The notes beneath the pieces were generated by a model. The model was not told the DNA's origin and ran no database searches. It was given only the letters and a program-made list of their open reading frames with translations. From Minisyncoccia bacterium (GTDB lineage: Bacteria > Patescibacteriota > Minisyncoccia > Phycocordibacterales > CALRBL01): a DNA stretch of 64,000 nucleotides. Location: the NCBI GenBank assembly GCA_038227435.1, contig JBBRPW010000001.1, positions 9,632 to 73,631 on the forward strand, read 5' to 3'. Position numbers and translations under genes: made by a program. Below are positions 45,891 through 54,581 of this stretch, piece after piece. Each line of letters begins with the position of its first letter. Positions within the stretch are counted from its first letter, which is position 1.

Positions 45891-45942
45891 TCTGTCACAG
45901 GGTATTACCTTGTCTGATGAGTTCAAAAGAACGAAACAGAAG
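45891..45942 (+). ncRNA. Hammerhead ribozyme, type III (HHR3), a sequence variant of HHR1/2.
   Basis: TCTGTC|ACAGGGTattACCTTGT-CTGATGA-GTTCaaaaGAAC-GAAA-CAGAAG. Full conserved core. Preceded by hairpin GACGGATAG-atgtt-CTATCCGTC. Confidence 0.7.
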
Positions 45943-45970
45943 ATCTTTCAAAACTCCACAAATAATTTTT

Positions 45971-46204
45971 ATGAATAATCATTCGAAAGAATTGGTATGT
46001 GTTCGAGTGATTAATGTATGCGCATCCATTAAAGGCTCTTTTGGATTAGGTCACTTTATAAAAGTCGATCTGTCTGGAGTCAGTGATTGGTATATATACT
46101 GCTCAAAAACTAAACCAATTGTCGGACAAGAAATTTCCATGTTTCTTACTATGTACGGCAAATGGACATGTCTCGATGACAGAGACAATGTCGAATCATT
46201 TTAG
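45971..46204 (+). CDS. Island ORF-F: small Cys-containing hypothetical protein directly downstream of HHR3.
   Basis: 77-aa ORF from ATGAATAATCAT. Confidence 0.3.
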   Translation: MNNHSKELVCVRVINVCASIKGSFGLGHFIKVDLSGVSDWYIYCSKTKPIVGQEISMFLTMYGKWTCLDDRDNVESF

Positions 46205-46430
46205 TCGAATTAAAACCCTATGATCAACATCATCAAATCTACTCGCTATAAGGTGAGTGGCTTCATTCGTAACTGCGTTAAAAACCCTCGCACGAGCTGG
46301 AAGCTGCGGAAGCAATTGGCTTCTCGCAGCATGCGTCGCCTCGATCGAAAGGTGATCGCTGCAACGGATGTTGAGGAGCATTCGTCGTGTGTCGTATACA
46401 ATAACTTCCTGGGCTATCCGTAGCAAGGAA

Positions 46431-46540
46431 ACGTTAAGAGTCAACGTAAAAAACTCTGGTCTGATCCACCAACAATGATCACTTGTTTATCGTATGCGAG
46501 CAACAAAAAACGTTCGGGTCCGCCCGTAATAGCGGCGTGG
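46431..46540 (+). repeat. Repeat family R3, copy b, ending at the island's terminal terminator.
   Basis: See R3a. Confidence 0.65.
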
Positions 46541-46542
46541 TT

Positions 46543-46570
46543 AAGAGGAACATCAGTTCCTCTTTTTTTA
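46543..46570 (+). terminator. Rho-independent terminator AAGAGGAAcatcagTTCCTCTT + T8.
   Basis: 8-bp stem followed by a T run. Confidence 0.6.
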
Positions 46571-46615
46571 TTTCTAAATCAAATTAAGTTAAAATTTATA
46601 AACCTACTTATTAAT

Positions 46616-47053
46616 TTATTTATCGAGCTCTGAAATTATTTTTTGAGCAATATCTTCTTTTTCTCCATCTTTATAAATAATATGTTCACCATATCTCATA
46701 CTCACTCCTTTATAACGAGGGATTAAATGTGCGTGTATATGTAATATTTCCTGGCCTCCATATGAGCGATTGTTAATGAGTAGATTTACTCCATCAAGTT
46801 TAAGAGCATTCTCTAAAACGTTTGCCACCCTTTTAACTCCTTTCATCATTGTTCCAAAAAGTTCTGTGTCGATCTGAAATATGTCGTCAGCATGTGTTTT
46901 TGGAATAATAATTGTATGTCCTAAGGCAAGAGGATTAATATCGAGGAATACAAAGACATCTGCGTCTTCATAAAGCTTTGTTGTGTTAACTTCTCCTGTA
47001 ATCATTTTGCAAAAGATGCAATCTTTATGGGTTAATTCGTTATTCATGGCCAT
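46616..47053 (-). CDS. HIT-family (histidine triad) nucleotide hydrolase.
   Basis: HIHAHLIP histidine triad motif. Confidence 0.85.
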   Translation of the reverse strand: MAMNNELTHKDCIFCKMITGEVNTTKLYEDADVFVFLDINPLALGHTIIIPKTHADDIFQIDTELFGTMMKGVKRVANVLENALKLDGVNLLINNRSYGGQEILHIHAHLIPRYKGVSMRYGEHIIYKDGEKEDIAQKIISELDK

Positions 47054-47093
47054 ATTTTAACACGTATACGGGCTAGCATGATACAATCTTTTC

Positions 47094-48995
47094 ATGTTTT
47101 CAGTACTACCTGGTATTCCAGAACAAGATTCTGCACGAAATGAATTAGCAAAATATAGCGATAGAATAAAACACCTGCTTTATCATAGAGGCATTAAAAC
47201 TGCCAAAGAGGCACAACATTTTTTGGACCCGGTATATGAGCATAATCATGATCCGATGTTGATGTCGGGCATGAAAAAAGCTACTGAACGTTTTTTACAC
47301 TCAATTGATACAAACGAACATATTGTAATTTATAGTGATTACGATGCTGATGGAATTCCTGGTGCAGTTGTGCTCGCCAGTTTCTTAAAGAGAATTGGTT
47401 ACACTAATTTTTCACACTATATACCTGACAGACACCTTGAAGGATTTGGTGTAAACATGGGAGCGATCGATGAAATAATTTATAGAGCAAAAATACATGA
47501 AATTCCGCATACTTTTTTATTAATTACCATCGACTGTGGAATATCAGATGTCGAACCAATTCAAAAAGCTAAAGATTTGGGAATCGATGTAATTATCACT
47601 GATCATCATATGCCTGGGAGTATTTTTCCTGCTGCATATGCCATTGTTAATCCCAAAATAAGTATTCAAGAGCAACAGGTATCTCCAAAAAAAGCAAAAA
47701 ATACAGAAGAATTAATTTATCCCTTCAATATGCTTTCAGGATCCGGTGTAATTTTTAAGTTTGTTCAAGGATTAATGTTACTCCGTGATTTTAGTGATAA
47801 AGGTTTTAAACCTGGCCATGAAAAATGGTTACTTGATATGGTGGGTATTGCAACAATGTCTGACATGGTTCCTTTAATTGGAGAAAACCGAATTTTTGCT
47901 CACTTCGGTTTGAAAGTATTGCGTAAATCTCCTCGAATTGGTTTGCAAACACTTCTTTCAAAACAGAAAATTGATCAACGCTACATTAACGAAGAAGATA
48001 TTGGATTTAGTATTTCTCCTCGTATAAATGCTGCGTCAAGAATGGGAAAAGCCGATAAAGCCCTTGAATTATTTTTGACCGATGATGAGTCGAAGGCATT
48101 AGAACTTTCAATTTATTTGCAGAAGTTAAACGATGAGCGTAAGGGATATGTTGCAGCTATTGTGAAAGATTTGAAAAAGCACCTAGAGGATGACCTTCTA
48201 GCTTCCGATAATTCAGACATTCCAAAATGTATTATTGTAAAAGGAAATCCCGATTGGAGACCATCACTTTTAGGACTAGCAGCAAATAGTTTAATTGAGC
48301 AATATAAATGCCCAGTATTTTTATGGGGGCGTGGAGAAGGAGGGACTATTATTAAGGGTTCTTGTAGAACTTATGTAACTGAAGGCATGAATGGGCATAT
48401 GAGTTTGGTTAATTTGATGCATAAAGCTGAAGAAATTTATAGCACTGAGCAGATTAAGAAAATCAAAAAAATAGATAAAGAAAAAATAGAAGAAATTAAA
48501 AAATTATTTCTTCATTGTGGAGGTCATGCAATGTCTGGGGGATTTGCTGTCGACCATGAACACATTCATCTCCTTCCTGAATATTTAGAAAAAGCAGTTA
48601 AATTTTATGCAAAAGATTTTTTAAATGAAAAAAACAATATTTCGAATGTACTCAAAGCCGATCTTGAATTAACACTCGATGAAATCGATATGCGTCTTTA
48701 TAATGAAATTTCGCAACTTGCACCATTTGGGGTAGGGAATCAAAAACCACTTTTACTCATTAGAAATGTGATTCCACAAGAAGTTCGTCAATTTGGTAAA
48801 GCTAAGGAACACTTTGAAATGAGTGCTCGAAATGGAAAAGGTCGCACGATAAAAATGCTTTGTTTTTTTGCGAAACCTGAAGATTTTCATGTTGTACCCG
48901 ATGTATTAAAACCTGTTTCAATTGTCGGGCACATTGAGCACTCTCGTTTTTTGGGAAAAAGTGAAATTAGGCTTAGATTGGTCGAAGTCTTCTAA
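47094..48995 (+). CDS. recJ: Single-stranded-DNA-specific exonuclease RecJ.
   Basis: DHH motifs (YSDYDADGI, ITDHH) and DHHA1 domain (GGGHAMSGG). Confidence 0.9.
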   Translation: MFSVLPGIPEQDSARNELAKYSDRIKHLLYHRGIKTAKEAQHFLDPVYEHNHDPMLMSGMKKATERFLHSIDTNEHIVIYSDYDADGIPGAVVLASFLKRIGYTNFSHYIPDRHLEGFGVNMGAIDEIIYRAKIHEIPHTFLLITIDCGISDVEPIQKAKDLGIDVIITDHHMPGSIFPAAYAIVNPKISIQEQQVSPKKAKNTEELIYPFNMLSGSGVIFKFVQGLMLLRDFSDKGFKPGHEKWLLDMVGIATMSDMVPLIGENRIFAHFGLKVLRKSPRIGLQTLLSKQKIDQRYINEEDIGFSISPRINAASRMGKADKALELFLTDDESKALELSIYLQKLNDERKGYVAAIVKDLKKHLEDDLLASDNSDIPKCIIVKGNPDWRPSLLGLAANSLIEQYKCPVFLWGRGEGGTIIKGSCRTYVTEGMNGHMSLVNLMHKAEEIYSTEQIKKIKKIDKEKIEEIKKLFLHCGGHAMSGGFAVDHEHIHLLPEYLEKAVKFYAKDFLNEKNNISNVLKADLELTLDEIDMRLYNEISQLAPFGVGNQKPLLLIRNVIPQEVRQFGKAKEHFEMSARNGKGRTIKMLCFFAKPEDFHVVPDVLKPVSIVGHIEHSRFLGKSEIRLRLVEVF

Positions 48996-49028
48996 ATTCG
49001 CTAGAATAAGCCTATAAACAATTATTAT

Positions 49029-49853
49029 ATGGCACACGTTATAATTTTTACGGATGGATCAGCTCGAGGAAATCCAGGAAACGGTGGATGGGGCGCTGTT
49101 TGCGTCTATCCAAAATCAAGTGGAGAATTGCGTGTAGATGAGCTCGGCGGGGCTTCAGCATATACGACTAATAATCAAATGGAGCTCACCGCAGCAATTG
49201 AAGGCTTAAAAAACTTCAACAATTTTTATAATGATAACAAACTTAATACCACTAATGACGCCGAATCAGTTTTTTACACAATTTATACAGATTCTGCCTA
49301 TGTAATTAATGGAATTACAAAGTGGGTCTATGGTTGGCAGCAAAATGGCTGGATAACAAGCACAAAGCAAGAAGTTTCTAATCGCGATTTGTGGGAAGCA
49401 CTGCTCGAGCAAATTTCAAATAAAGAAGTTGATTGGAAATATGTAGGAGGCCATATTGGAATTGCTGGAAACGAAAGATGCGATCAAATTGCCACAGAAT
49501 TTGCCGACACAATTTTAAAAGGAGAGGCTGACTTAGCTCTTATTCAACTGTATAAAGGATCGTTGGTTGGTTATCCTATTAAAGTGTTAAATACAGAAAC
49601 CGGAGAATTAATTTTGGATGAAGACGGAGGAAGTAAAAGCGGTGGGAGCGCTGAAAAGAAAGCTAAAGCAAAGGAACGATCAAAAATTGCTGCATATTCA
49701 TATGTAAGTATGGTCAATGGAAAAATTGAGACTCATAAAACATGGGCAGAATGCGAAAAGAGGGTAAAAGGAGTAAAGGGGACACGTTTTAAGAAAGCGA
49801 TTTCAAAAAATGATGAGGATGAAATAAAGAAAGACTTTAGTTCAAATAATTAA
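49029..49853 (+). CDS. rnhA: Ribonuclease HI with a C-terminal extension resembling the RNase H1 / caulimovirus-VI hybrid-binding domain.
   Basis: RNase H core TDGSARGNPG...ELTAAIEGL...YTDSAY...GHIGIAGNERCDQ. The tail AAYSYVSMVNGKIETHKTWAECEKRVKGVKGTRFKKAISKNDEDE fits the HBD consensus. Confidence 0.85.
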   Translation: MAHVIIFTDGSARGNPGNGGWGAVCVYPKSSGELRVDELGGASAYTTNNQMELTAAIEGLKNFNNFYNDNKLNTTNDAESVFYTIYTDSAYVINGITKWVYGWQQNGWITSTKQEVSNRDLWEALLEQISNKEVDWKYVGGHIGIAGNERCDQIATEFADTILKGEADLALIQLYKGSLVGYPIKVLNTETGELILDEDGGSKSGGSAEKKAKAKERSKIAAYSYVSMVNGKIETHKTWAECEKRVKGVKGTRFKKAISKNDEDEIKKDFSSNN

Positions 49854-49910
49854 TCAGTACTTTATCTGTTCTTAAGTAAAATATAACCTTCCTTATTTCA
49901 TAATCTCTAT

Positions 49911-51557
49911 ATGAGAAGTGAAATATTTGCGTATGTTAATTATAAGAGCACTCCTCTTGTCTCATATTATGTATTTATTTTTTGTATCAGTATTATTTTA
50001 GTTGAGTATGTAGCCTGGTTTTCTAAAAATATTTATGTAGTAAATGGTTTCTTAACCATATTATTAGCCTTTTTGATAGGTTTTAGGTTTTTATTAAAAG
50101 GAGGTAAAAAGTTTCTCATTAAATTTGTATTGAACATTGGTATCGTAACTATACTAGTTAGCGTAGTTGGCCTCAGTAGAACTTCTATTGTTCTTAAACA
50201 AGCTTCACCCGAATTATTCAGTAATCAAGTTGGAATTATTAAGTCGCATGGCGGTGTAATTCAAAGTGAAATTGAAAGAAGGAAGAACAAACAACGTTTT
50301 GTAGTCGAATTACACGAAAAGAATAGTTCCACTAAAGCATTAGTAACCACTTCTCCTTATCCCGAATTTCAATATGGAGACAATGTTCAAGTAAATGGAG
50401 CATTGCTCGTTCCACACGATTTTAAAACCGAAACAGGAAACTTATTTGATTACGATACATACCTTGCTAAAGACCAAATATTTTTTCTGATTAAAAATGG
50501 AAAAGTAGAAAAAGCTACGTTTCAACAAAATATGAGTTTTTTCGAAAAAATAAATTCAAAACTATATAAACTAAAAAACTACCTCGTTAATTTAATTGAT
50601 CACTCGTTACCTAGTCCTCAAAGTTCACTTTTAGCCGGCCTTTTAATAGCAGGGAAGAAAGCAATTCCTGAAAACATTATGAATGAGTTCAAAATAGCTG
50701 GAGTTGTTCATGTTGTTGTGTTGTCTGGCTATAATTTAACAATTGTTGCTGTGGCTGTGATGGCAATTCTTAAAAAAATTCCCCGAACTTTTCGTTTGGT
50801 TATTGGAGCCATATTAATTATTTTATTTTCACTGATGGTGGGTGAAACAGCTACGGTTGTTCGTTCTGTAATTATGGCAATAATCGCTTTATTTGCCGAA
50901 GGTATATACGAAAATTATAAGGCAATTCGTGCATTAGTTTTTACAGCTTTTGCCATGCTTTTTTATAATCCATTATATTTATTACATGATCCATCGTTTC
51001 AACTTAGCTTTCTTGCCACCTTTGGGCTCATGCTTGTATCGCCAATTTTAAACACTTTTTTAAGTAAATATGCTGCGTGGTTTCCAACTGCATTTGGCAT
51101 AAAAGAGCTATTTATAGGCACGGTTTCTACCCAAGTATTCGTTACTCCATTTCTCATATATGGAAGCGGACTCATTTCATTAGTGGCATTGCCCGTAAAT
51201 ATATTAATTTTATCTATTGTCCCAACTGTAATGCTTATAGGTGCAATCTACATGTGCATGTATTGGGTCAGTCATATATTACATTCGGGATTTATTTTGC
51301 TCATATTAAATAACGTCTCACTATTTATATCTTTCATCACATATCTCTTACTCAGTTATCAATTGTTCATCGTTCACTTCTTTGTTTCACTGCCAAATGC
51401 AGCAATATACATAAAACACGTTCCTGTTTGGAACGTGCTCATGGTTTATTTCATTGAATTGTCAGTTATTTTTTTCTATTTCAAAAAAGAATTGTTTAAA
51501 TCACTCTTTAGGCTAGGTTTCCAGATTGAAAACGTTTCTCTGACACCTCCCAGTTAA
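49911..51557 (+). CDS. comEC: ComEC/Rec2-family DNA-uptake channel (competence domain only; no C-terminal metallo-beta-lactamase domain).
   Basis: Polytopic membrane protein with the competence-domain motif LLAGLLIAGKKAIPENIMNEFKIAGVVHVVVLSGYNLTIV. Confidence 0.8.
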   Translation: MRSEIFAYVNYKSTPLVSYYVFIFCISIILVEYVAWFSKNIYVVNGFLTILLAFLIGFRFLLKGGKKFLIKFVLNIGIVTILVSVVGLSRTSIVLKQASPELFSNQVGIIKSHGGVIQSEIERRKNKQRFVVELHEKNSSTKALVTTSPYPEFQYGDNVQVNGALLVPHDFKTETGNLFDYDTYLAKDQIFFLIKNGKVEKATFQQNMSFFEKINSKLYKLKNYLVNLIDHSLPSPQSSLLAGLLIAGKKAIPENIMNEFKIAGVVHVVVLSGYNLTIVAVAVMAILKKIPRTFRLVIGAILIILFSLMVGETATVVRSVIMAIIALFAEGIYENYKAIRALVFTAFAMLFYNPLYLLHDPSFQLSFLATFGLMLVSPILNTFLSKYAAWFPTAFGIKELFIGTVSTQVFVTPFLIYGSGLISLVALPVNILILSIVPTVMLIGAIYMCMYWVSHILHSGFILLILNNVSLFISFITYLLLSYQLFIVHFFVSLPNAAIYIKHVPVWNVLMVYFIELSVIFFYFKKELFKSLFRLGFQIENVSLTPPS

Positions 51558-52119
51558 GATTTTCAAAAAAAGCTTCAACATATTTCTTTTTTTCTGAAGG
51601 AACGAAGTCGAGCATGTATGAATGTTCCCACATATCAATTCCTAAAACAAAAGTTAGTCCATTTAATTGTCCTTCGTGCTGTTCTCCAATCCAATTATTT
51701 ACAAGTTTTTTCTGAATAGGATCATAACAAAGCACAGCCCATCCAATTCCTCTCGTCATTGCAATTGCTTTAAACCGAGTAAACCAAGCATCAAATGATC
51801 CCCACTCTGCCACAATTGCTGCATGCAGTGAATGTGCTTCTGTAAGCATATTCGCTCCACCTTCTAAGTTCTCAAAGTAATATTCATGATTTCGCATTCC
51901 ATCGAATTCAAATCCAAATCGTCTTTGTAGTTCTCCAAGTACATACATATTTTTTTCTGCACTTTCAGCGTCAGCAGATAATTCCTTAATCTTTTCAAGA
52001 ATTAAGTTTGTATGTTTTACGTATCCTCCATACAGTTTTGTATGTTCATCTATTGTCTTAGTGCTAATTCCTTTTAATTCTAGAATATTAAATTTTTTTT
52101 GTTCGTATGGTGTTGTCAT
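51508..52119 (-). CDS. sodA: Fe/Mn superoxide dismutase.
   Basis: HHxxHH-type N-terminal region and C-terminal DMWEHSYMLDF motif. Confidence 0.9.
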   Translation of the reverse strand: MTTPYEQKKFNILELKGISTKTIDEHTKLYGGYVKHTNLILEKIKELSADAESAEKNMYVLGELQRRFGFEFDGMRNHEYYFENLEGGANMLTEAHSLHAAIVAEWGSFDAWFTRFKAIAMTRGIGWAVLCYDPIQKKLVNNWIGEQHEGQLNGLTFVLGIDMWEHSYMLDFVPSEKKKYVEAFFENLNWEVSEKRFQSGNLA

Positions 52120-52168
52120 ATACGTAGTATGCGCTATATATAAAAACTTTCAATTATTCGTTTTATTT

Positions 52169-53128
52169 ATGTTTAAAATTCCCAATAAAAGCATAATCTT
52201 AGGCTTATTTTTAATACTGGTGTTAGTTCTGATGCTTTTTTACTATATACATTTCAAAAAACACGAATGTGATAATCCATGCATCACTATGTTCAACAAT
52301 AAAAATGTACCAGTTCTCATTGAATGGAAAGGATACACCTTACTCATTGGGGCGGGGGATGTAAATAGCACCCTAATTAATCAAATCGGAAAGGTACTTC
52401 CTTTCTTTACTTCATCATTAAACACTTTAATAACAGTAGATAATTCAACAAGTTCGAATATTGCCACTATTGATTTTTTAAAAAAATATAATGTTGAAAA
52501 ATTATTTGATTTAAATAAAAGTTTTATGAATTCAACAAGTTCAATTTTTTCAACGTCTACTGGCGGAATTAATTTAATAATTAGTAAGGAACTTTATGTA
52601 AGTAAATCAAAAAAAGTAGAACCTAAATTTGTATATCGAATTGAATTAGTAAATTCAGAAGATGACTCGAATAAAAAAGAGAATTTAATTTTTAAGTTCG
52701 ATGTAAACACCACAGTAGCTCAAAAAAAAGTTGGTTTCGGCAAAGCTGATTTTGTTTTTCTTAAAAATGTACCAGTTGGAAAGAAACAAGAGCATCACAT
52801 TACTGATTTTTTCAAAAATACTCGAGCTGAATATTTTGTTTCAATGTCGGGTGAATCAAAAATGCAAAGTAAAAATAATACAATATTTGAAATTGCCAAT
52901 TTTAGAACAAGTTCTACTCCAGAAAGTTCTAATCTGGGAAATAGTAAAATTTTATTTCCTCTTCTTATTCATCTCAATATGGAAAAACAGAATGAAAATA
53001 AAAATGTAAATGATGGCTCAATATTTTGCCGCCTTAATTATAATGAAAAAACAAACCACCGAATGGAGTGCGGTGGTAAGAGGGAATCGTTCTTTGGTTA
53101 TTTACTAATCAAGTTTGGGATTAAATAA
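52169..53128 (+). CDS. Hypothetical membrane-anchored protein; start moved to the internal ATG (MFKIPNKSII...).
   Basis: N-terminal TM helix LGLFLILVLVLMLFYY followed by an N/S-rich domain. Confidence 0.45.
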   Translation: MFKIPNKSIILGLFLILVLVLMLFYYIHFKKHECDNPCITMFNNKNVPVLIEWKGYTLLIGAGDVNSTLINQIGKVLPFFTSSLNTLITVDNSTSSNIATIDFLKKYNVEKLFDLNKSFMNSTSSIFSTSTGGINLIISKELYVSKSKKVEPKFVYRIELVNSEDDSNKKENLIFKFDVNTTVAQKKVGFGKADFVFLKNVPVGKKQEHHITDFFKNTRAEYFVSMSGESKMQSKNNTIFEIANFRTSSTPESSNLGNSKILFPLLIHLNMEKQNENKNVNDGSIFCRLNYNEKTNHRMECGGKRESFFGYLLIKFGIK

Positions 53129-53363
53129 CCCCTGCGTCTTTAAGTGCTCGGTACGCACCTTTTTTGTGAATTGTTTTGATTGCATTAGTTGAAAGAGTCA
53201 TAGGAACAGTAATTCCTAATTCAGCAATAAAAATCCGCTTCTTTTGTAAGTTAGCGTATCTTCGTCGTGCGCCTGTAGGGTTGAATTGAGTAGCACGAGT
53301 TCGGTTTGAGTAACCTCCTCCATTGATACTGCTTTTTCCTGAAATTGGACAAACTTTAGCCAT
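53121..53363 (-). CDS. rpmB: 50S ribosomal protein L28.
   Basis: MAKVCPISGKSSINGGGYSNRTRATQ...QKKRIFIAELG matches the L28 pattern. Confidence 0.8.
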   Translation of the reverse strand: MAKVCPISGKSSINGGGYSNRTRATQFNPTGARRRYANLQKKRIFIAELGITVPMTLSTNAIKTIHKKGAYRALKDAGVI

Positions 53364-53474
53364 AAAAATATTTATAAATGTTTAGTCCTACGATAGTACC
53401 AGCTCTTTAGGCCTAAGGCAAGTGGTTTAATAGCTATAAATTTAAACATTTAAACAATAAAATTCCTTGCAATA

Positions 53475-53912
53475 TTGCCTCAATATAGTAATTTGAGTCC
53501 GGAAAGACACATCAACCCCAACTCTCATTTCATGGCAAGTAAAACCGATCCTTTAACGTCACTCATTGAAACCATATTTCACCAAGACGGCTACACCCTT
53601 TATCAACTAGGAGAGGGTATGTATGTCGTGGCAAAGCTGCCACTTCGTATTCGAGATACGTACCGTCCGGAGCCCACAACGATTCATATCACTTGGAACC
53701 CTCTTCTTTGGAAATATGGAAATAACAATCCTGAAAATTGTTATCTCCGAACTGCGGTGACCTATATAAGACCAGATCACCTCGAGCAAGATGATACTCT
53801 CATTAATTTCCTTCGGAGAACTTTTACCCCACTTAAGCCCGGACTAGAGTTTTTTACGGCTCAACCGGAGTTAACAATAACCTCCGTTGTTGCGCCGAAT
53901 TCTCTTGGGTAA
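53475..53912 (+). CDS. Hypothetical protein; ORF has higher G+C than the surrounding genome.
   Basis: 145-aa ORF. Composition clearly differs from flanking genes. No family recognised. Confidence 0.3.
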   Translation: MPQYSNLSPERHINPNSHFMASKTDPLTSLIETIFHQDGYTLYQLGEGMYVVAKLPLRIRDTYRPEPTTIHITWNPLLWKYGNNNPENCYLRTAVTYIRPDHLEQDDTLINFLRRTFTPLKPGLEFFTAQPELTITSVVAPNSLG

Positions 53913-53968
53913 ACATAGATAAAAAACCACAAACCACTGACCCCAACGATAACTTCAAGGGGTCTGTT

Positions 53969-54469
53969 TTATTGTAATTGTTGTAATTGAAGTTTCTCTT
54001 CAATTTGCTTCAAAAGGGCTTGTTCAACTTCCGGATTAACGTCTTGAGCAGCAATGTACTGTGTCACTAGTTCAGGATTGTCACGCAAGCATCTGTAAAT
54101 GTCTTCTTTATGAGCCTGGTGCCAAACTTTAAATTCCTCCATTTTCTCTTGAGGGATATGGGCCAAGGTGTGTTCAAGTGCATGAAGTCTATCGAGCTTG
54201 TCTTCAATTATATCGAGAATTATATCAGGGTTGGCATTGTACAAATCTTCAAAATGTTCATCTGTATTTGTAAGTGCTCGAAGTATGATTCGAAATTCAG
54301 TCGAATTAAAATCAACCCAGTCCATTGTAATTTCATCTTTGTTTGCATTAGTATCCGAACTGAGACGGCGCTGCATTAATTTTATCTGTATTTGATTCAC
54401 AAATCTCGCGCTCATTTCAACAGACGCTTTCTTCACACTGTTTTCTATTGGAGGGGTGTCTATACTCAT
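53969..54469 (-). CDS. Hypothetical acidic protein; G+C somewhat elevated.
   Basis: 166-aa ORF with a coiled-coil-like C-terminus. Confidence 0.4.
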   Translation of the reverse strand: MSIDTPPIENSVKKASVEMSARFVNQIQIKLMQRRLSSDTNANKDEITMDWVDFNSTEFRIILRALTNTDEHFEDLYNANPDIILDIIEDKLDRLHALEHTLAHIPQEKMEEFKVWHQAHKEDIYRCLRDNPELVTQYIAAQDVNPEVEQALLKQIEEKLQLQQLQ

Positions 54470-54581
54470 ATAATTTTTATATATAGAATAAGTATAATCA
54501 ATTTACTATTTGCCGCTACCAGTCTGTTATATTATTTTTTAGCATTATTGACTTTTATTTATACTGAGACAACATGTAGAT

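Larger units (their letters stand above)
41740..46540 (+). other. Accessory island of higher G+C (about 4.8 kb) with a modular ORF / repeat / hammerhead architecture and no recognisable protein families. Putative horizontally acquired element.
   Basis: Composition shifts abruptly at both edges. It contains four hammerhead motifs, three repeat families and extensive hairpins. It is bounded by strong terminators at 41697-41738 and 46543-46570. Confidence 0.6.
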
